In this document: positions 7,266-10,218 of the stretch, in pieces
Layout: each line of letters starts with the position of its first letter
Position numbering within the stretch: position 1 is the stretch's first letter
From: an uncultured bacterium
GTDB taxonomy: Bacteria > Hydrogenedentota > Hydrogenedentia > Hydrogenedentales > JAEUWI01
DNA: 10,218 nucleotides
NCBI GenBank assembly: GCA_963977445.1
Contig: CAXBPH010000254.1
Span: forward strand, 1-10,218
Direction: 5' to 3'
Program-made: the position numbers and the translations under genes
Notes under the pieces: generated by a model
What the model was told of the DNA's origin: nothing
Database searches by the model: none
The model's input: only the letters and a program-made list of their open reading frames with translations

Positions 7266-8021
7266 TTACGGTGAGCCAACTTGTTCAATAAGCCGCCCAA
7301 TCGTTGCATCGATGGTCTGAATTACTTTTTGATTGGCTTCATAGGCCCGAAGTCCAATCATCATATTGCCCATTTCCACAGGCAGCTGAACATTGGAGAG
7401 CTCAATAGCCCCCTGCTCAAGATAGGTGTCGACGGGTTCGGAGCTCTGACTGAGCACTTCTTCGCTCGCCCTATAGAGGTTGTCACCGGTCCGTTCGAGA
7501 CGCGTCGGGTCCTGAAACTCACGCATACGCACCTGGCCCGTGATCTGACCATCTATGGTCACGACGCCCTCGGGAGAAATTACTATTTCCTCTCCGTTGA
7601 CATCGATGGGGCCCCCGGTAGCATTGGCGACTTTATAGCCGTTGTCCGTAGCGAGTTGCCCATCTGTATCGATGGTGAACTGTCCCGCCCGGGTATAGCG
7701 CTCGCCCCCAGGCGTGTCGATGGCAATATAGCCGGGGCCGTGCAGTGCAAGACTGAGGGGATCTTCCGTAATGCGCAACGGACCGAGGGTCAGATTGGTG
7801 AACGACTCGACCCCTTTCACGCCGCCCGCAGGGGCTGCCTCGGTATCGAAGTGAAAGGGGTGTATCATTTTCTGGGAGAAGACTTCGTAGAAGCCCAACT
7901 GAACGGGCTGCATGCGCTTGTAGCCGGGGGTGGATACATTCGCCAGATTATTGGCAATAATGTCCTGGCGTTGCTCTACGGCAATCATGCCAGTTGCTGC
8001 ATTGTAGAGACCCGGTAACAT
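7266..8021 (-). CDS. flgF: Flagellar proximal basal-body rod protein FlgF (FlgF/FlgG family)
   Basis: GLYNAATGM...[32 protein letters not shown]...RAYEANQKVIQ. Directly upstream of flgG, the usual flgF position. SD GGAGG. Confidence 0.9.
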   Translation of the reverse strand: MLPGLYNAATGMIAVEQRQDIIANNLANVSTPGYKRMQPVQLGFYEVFSQKMIHPFHFDTEAAPAGGVKGVESFTNLTLGPLRITEDPLSLALHGPGYIAIDTPGGERYTRAGQFTIDTDGQLATDNGYKVANATGGPIDVNGEEIVISPEGVVTIDGQITGQVRMREFQDPTRLERTGDNLYRASEEVLSQSSEPVDTYLEQGAIELSNVQLPVEMGNMMIGLRAYEANQKVIQTIDATIGRLIEQVGSP

Positions 8022-8195
8022 CTTGTTTCACCCTCCGAAGTCAACTTATAAAAACGTCTCGCTGGACGAAATATGCGAGATGGCCTGCGCGTATATCCCG
8101 CGACGGATCCGGATGTCAATGGGTAACATGCCGTAGCGCAAGGCCAACCACTCGTTGGAGTCGATTCGATGGGACTCAAATCGACACGGAGACAA

Positions 8196-8212
8196 CGCAA
8201 GGCCTGTGCCAA
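8196..8212 (-). promoter_or_regulatory. Sigma-54 (RpoN) -24/-12 promoter of the flgF operon
   Basis: Minus strand TTGGCAC-AGGCC-TTGCG is an exact match to TGGCAC-N5-TTGC. Oriented toward flgF; predicted transcription start about 8185. Confidence 0.85.
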
Positions 8213-8247
8213 TCCAAGACTTTCGACCACAGGACCGCAAACAAAGG

Positions 8248-8408
8248 GGATTGAAACGTACACTCCTCTGGCCGACCCCAATGCGCTGCATAACTTTCCC
8301 CCTCGGGTGGAGTTTTTTTCCACCTGGAGGCAAATGGAACACCTGCAGCCACAACGCAGTGTTCTCCGTCATCCAGGTTGCGATCGGCCCACAGGCTCAC
8401 GTACAACC
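8248..8408 (+). ncRNA. Candidate 6S RNA (ssrS-like) or other long rod-shaped RNA
   Basis: Nested complementary segments form an irregular rod of about 160 nt directly upstream of a ygfA homolog, where ssrS is found in many bacteria. No 6S primary-sequence motif was recognised. Confidence 0.3.
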
Positions 8409-8413
8409 GTGTG

Positions 8414-9016
8414 ATGATGGAAACAGACCTGAGAGAATTTGCGACAAAGAAAGAAGCGCGCGTCTTCGCCCGTTCGATGCGAAACCAGTGGGCACCCACG
8501 ACGCTGGCGGACTGGAGCGAGGCAATCACGTACCATCTGCTCCGCATGTGCCTGTTCCAGGATGCACGCACGCTCCTTTGCTATGTGGGCGCACGGCCGG
8601 GGGAACTGGATACGCGCCCCCTCATCGCGGAAGCCTTGCGCAATTGTCAGCAGGTTGTCGTGCCCGTGACGCAAAAGGAAGGGAAGATGGCCTGGTCCCG
8701 TCTGGCCCGACTGGATGACCTGGAAATGACCTCACTGGGTTTGCTGGAGCCCCGACCGCAGGCAATCGACTTGGTGGAAGACCCCGGGGGCCTCTGTATT
8801 GTGCCCGGTATGCTATTTCAGAAGGACGGCCATCGGCTGGGCTTTGGCGGAGGGTATTATGACCGTTTTCTCGCGCGACGCTCAGGCCCCACCATCGCCC
8901 TCACGCCATCCGCGTGTTTAGGACACCGTTTTCCCATTGAGGAGCACGATCAGGCGGTTGGCCATATTGTTACGGAATCCGGGGTGGTGGCTGCGGAACC
9001 GCTTAGCGTCGAATAA
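8414..9016 (+). CDS. ygfA: 5-formyltetrahydrofolate cyclo-ligase (YgfA/Fau family)
   Basis: KKEARVFAR, LLCYV...ELDT, VVVPV, GLLEP, IVPGMLFQKDGHRLGFGGGYYDRFL, EEHDQAVGHIVTE. Start is uncertain (GTG 8411, ATG 8414 or ATG 8417); no clear SD. Confidence 0.93.
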   Translation: MMETDLREFATKKEARVFARSMRNQWAPTTLADWSEAITYHLLRMCLFQDARTLLCYVGARPGELDTRPLIAEALRNCQQVVVPVTQKEGKMAWSRLARLDDLEMTSLGLLEPRPQAIDLVEDPGGLCIVPGMLFQKDGHRLGFGGGYYDRFLARRSGPTIALTPSACLGHRFPIEEHDQAVGHIVTESGVVAAEPLSVE

Positions 9017-9791
9017 GCCGGATGATTTCCTTGTGGATGGCACCGTTGGTGATAAGCACACCGTCTTTACCGTCAAATAGCTTCAAGGTTTTTCCATCCA
9101 GCCGGGAACATACACCACCGGCCTCTTCTACCACCAACATCCCCGCGGCATAGTCCCAGGGGTTCAAGGTCATATGGACAAAGGCATCCAGATCCCCCGA
9201 GGCAACCTGTCCGATAGCCGCGACGGCGGAGCCATGACACCGAACCTGTCCCGATTGGCGAAAGAGACTCTGGGCCCGCTCCATCCAGGCGTTGCGATCT
9301 TCGACGCCGCCGAAATCGAGGTCCACACGGGATTCAGCCACCTGTTGCACCTGGGAAACAAGGAGTCGGGTCTCGTTAACAAAAGCCCCTTTCCCCTCTT
9401 CCGCCAGGTAGATATCTCCTGTGCCGGGGTAGGCCATGCCTGCGGCGACGGTACGCCCGTGGATAGCGAAGGCCAGGGAGATGGCAAATACAGGAAACAT
9501 GCCCCGGACGAAGTTGTTGGTGCCGTCAATCGGGTCCATGACCCAGCACCGGGCGTTGGGGCTGGCGGGCATGCGGGAAAACTCCCCTTCCTCGGCCACA
9601 ATCTCGTCGCCGGGAAAGGTAGCGCGAATTTGGTCTACCGCCCGTTTCTGGAGGGTCAGGTCCACTTCCGTCAGAAGATCCGATGCATTGGCCTTTGACG
9701 TAACGGTCAGGGAAGCCCGGTCCGCAAATTTTGCACGGGCATACCCTATATTGTCCTCAAGAAAACATTTTATGAAACCAATTTCCGTCAT
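9003..9791 (-). CDS. suhB: Inositol monophosphatase family protein (SuhB-like)
   Basis: DLLTEVD, AEEG, WVMDPIDGTNNF, GSAVAAIGQVASG, PWDYAAGMLVVEEAGG. Start reassigned to ATG 9791 (GGGAG SD). The family call is secure; exact orthology to suhB is less certain. Confidence 0.9.
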   Translation of the reverse strand: MTEIGFIKCFLEDNIGYARAKFADRASLTVTSKANASDLLTEVDLTLQKRAVDQIRATFPGDEIVAEEGEFSRMPASPNARCWVMDPIDGTNNFVRGMFPVFAISLAFAIHGRTVAAGMAYPGTGDIYLAEEGKGAFVNETRLLVSQVQQVAESRVDLDFGGVEDRNAWMERAQSLFRQSGQVRCHGSAVAAIGQVASGDLDAFVHMTLNPWDYAAGMLVVEEAGGVCSRLDGKTLKLFDGKDGVLITNGAIHKEIIRLIRR

Positions 9792-10152
9792 TAGGCACTC
9801 CCGCAACCGATACCCCCCGCAGCCTGGGAGCTTGGTTATTGAAAAAATCAGTATTCCTGCTATTTGTCACATATTACCACCCTGACAACTGCAAGACCAG
9901 TCTATCGTCAGGGCAATCGCCCTAAAACGGGTACAAAAACGAAATCGCTCTGTTCACCGAAGTTCGCTCCATGAAACAAGGCCACTGCCAAGTCCCCCCC
10001 ACCCTTCGGCGGCCATCCATTGACATTATTTGTCATTGCGGACGTATTAAGGGCGCTCAAACGGGTCGAAACGTATTGAGTCGACTACCTTTATTGATTC
10101 AAAAATCGCCGTTTATCAGGGGTTTATCCACATTTGGCGCTTTTACCCTGGG

Positions 10153-10169
10153 TTGGCACGGCTCTTGCC
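10153..10169 (+). promoter_or_regulatory. Sigma-54 (RpoN) -24/-12 promoter for a gene beyond the right edge
   Basis: TTGGCAC-GGCTC-TTGCC is an exact match to TGGCAC-N5-TTGC, in an AT-richer non-coding region. Confidence 0.85.
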
Positions 10170-10218
10170 TTAATGAACTCAACAGTTGAAACGAAGTTAA
10201 CTGGCCGAACAACGTGGG

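Noticed and set aside
7281..8018. 245-aa plus-strand ORF and other long plus-strand ORFs across the operon (e.g. 3859..4458, 3019..3495, 2648..3103, 6446..6907)
   Set aside because: They lie antisense to clear flagellar genes; long shadow frames are expected in GC-rich coding DNA.
8137..8150. Second sigma-54-like site TGGTTGGCCTTGCG (and CGGCACGCGCCGCA near 7186-7199)
   Set aside because: GG-to-GC spacing is 8 nt rather than the required 10 nt.
8046..8372. 108-aa minus-strand ORF and overlapping ORFs (7985..8323, 7994..8254, 8169..8414, 8155..8718) upstream of flgF
   Set aside because: No family motifs or convincing SD; they run across the sigma-54 promoter, and the region is better explained as regulatory or RNA.
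9905..9950. AGGGCAAT...CCTAAA segment loosely resembling a c-di-GMP-I riboswitch
   Set aside because: It lacks the GAAA-tetraloop stem and the GACGCAAAGC core, and lies upstream of, not downstream of, the sigma-54 promoter.
9971..10189. 72-aa plus-strand ORF
   Set aside because: No SD or motif, and it runs through the sigma-54 promoter and its upstream palindromes; probably non-coding.
1..10218. CRISPR arrays, tRNA/rRNA genes, IS elements or prophage genes
   Set aside because: No repeat-spacer periodicity, cloverleaf or rRNA motifs, or transposase/integrase ORFs were seen.

Overview
Bacterial chromosomal window (diderm, since it encodes flagellar P- and L-rings) dominated by a minus-strand flagellar operon: flgF-flgG-flgA-flgH-flgI-flgJ(short, no muramidase)-[small EF-hand protein]-flgN-flgL. 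It ends at a perfect 16-bp hairpin shared with a convergent YceI-family lipoprotein gene, which follows the 3' end of a nitrilase/carbon-nitrogen hydrolase gene. Upstream of the operon are a divergent ygfA-like 5-formyltetrahydrofolate cyclo-ligase gene and a convergent SuhB-like inositol monophosphatase gene. Two consensus sigma-54 promoters point outward: one drives the flg operon and one points out of the right edge. The most unusual points are: (1) flgM and flgK are missing from their usual places, and the flgM slot holds a 113-aa two-EF-hand protein that has its own sigma-28-like promoter and is coupled to flgN; (2) the ~165-nt flgF leader can form mutually exclusive terminator/antiterminator helices; (3) a ~160-nt rod-like structure directly upstream of ygfA may be 6S RNA; (4) FlgJ has a tail of 9-10-aa repeats. 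All calls come from reading the sequence by eye; no database searches or folding programs were run.
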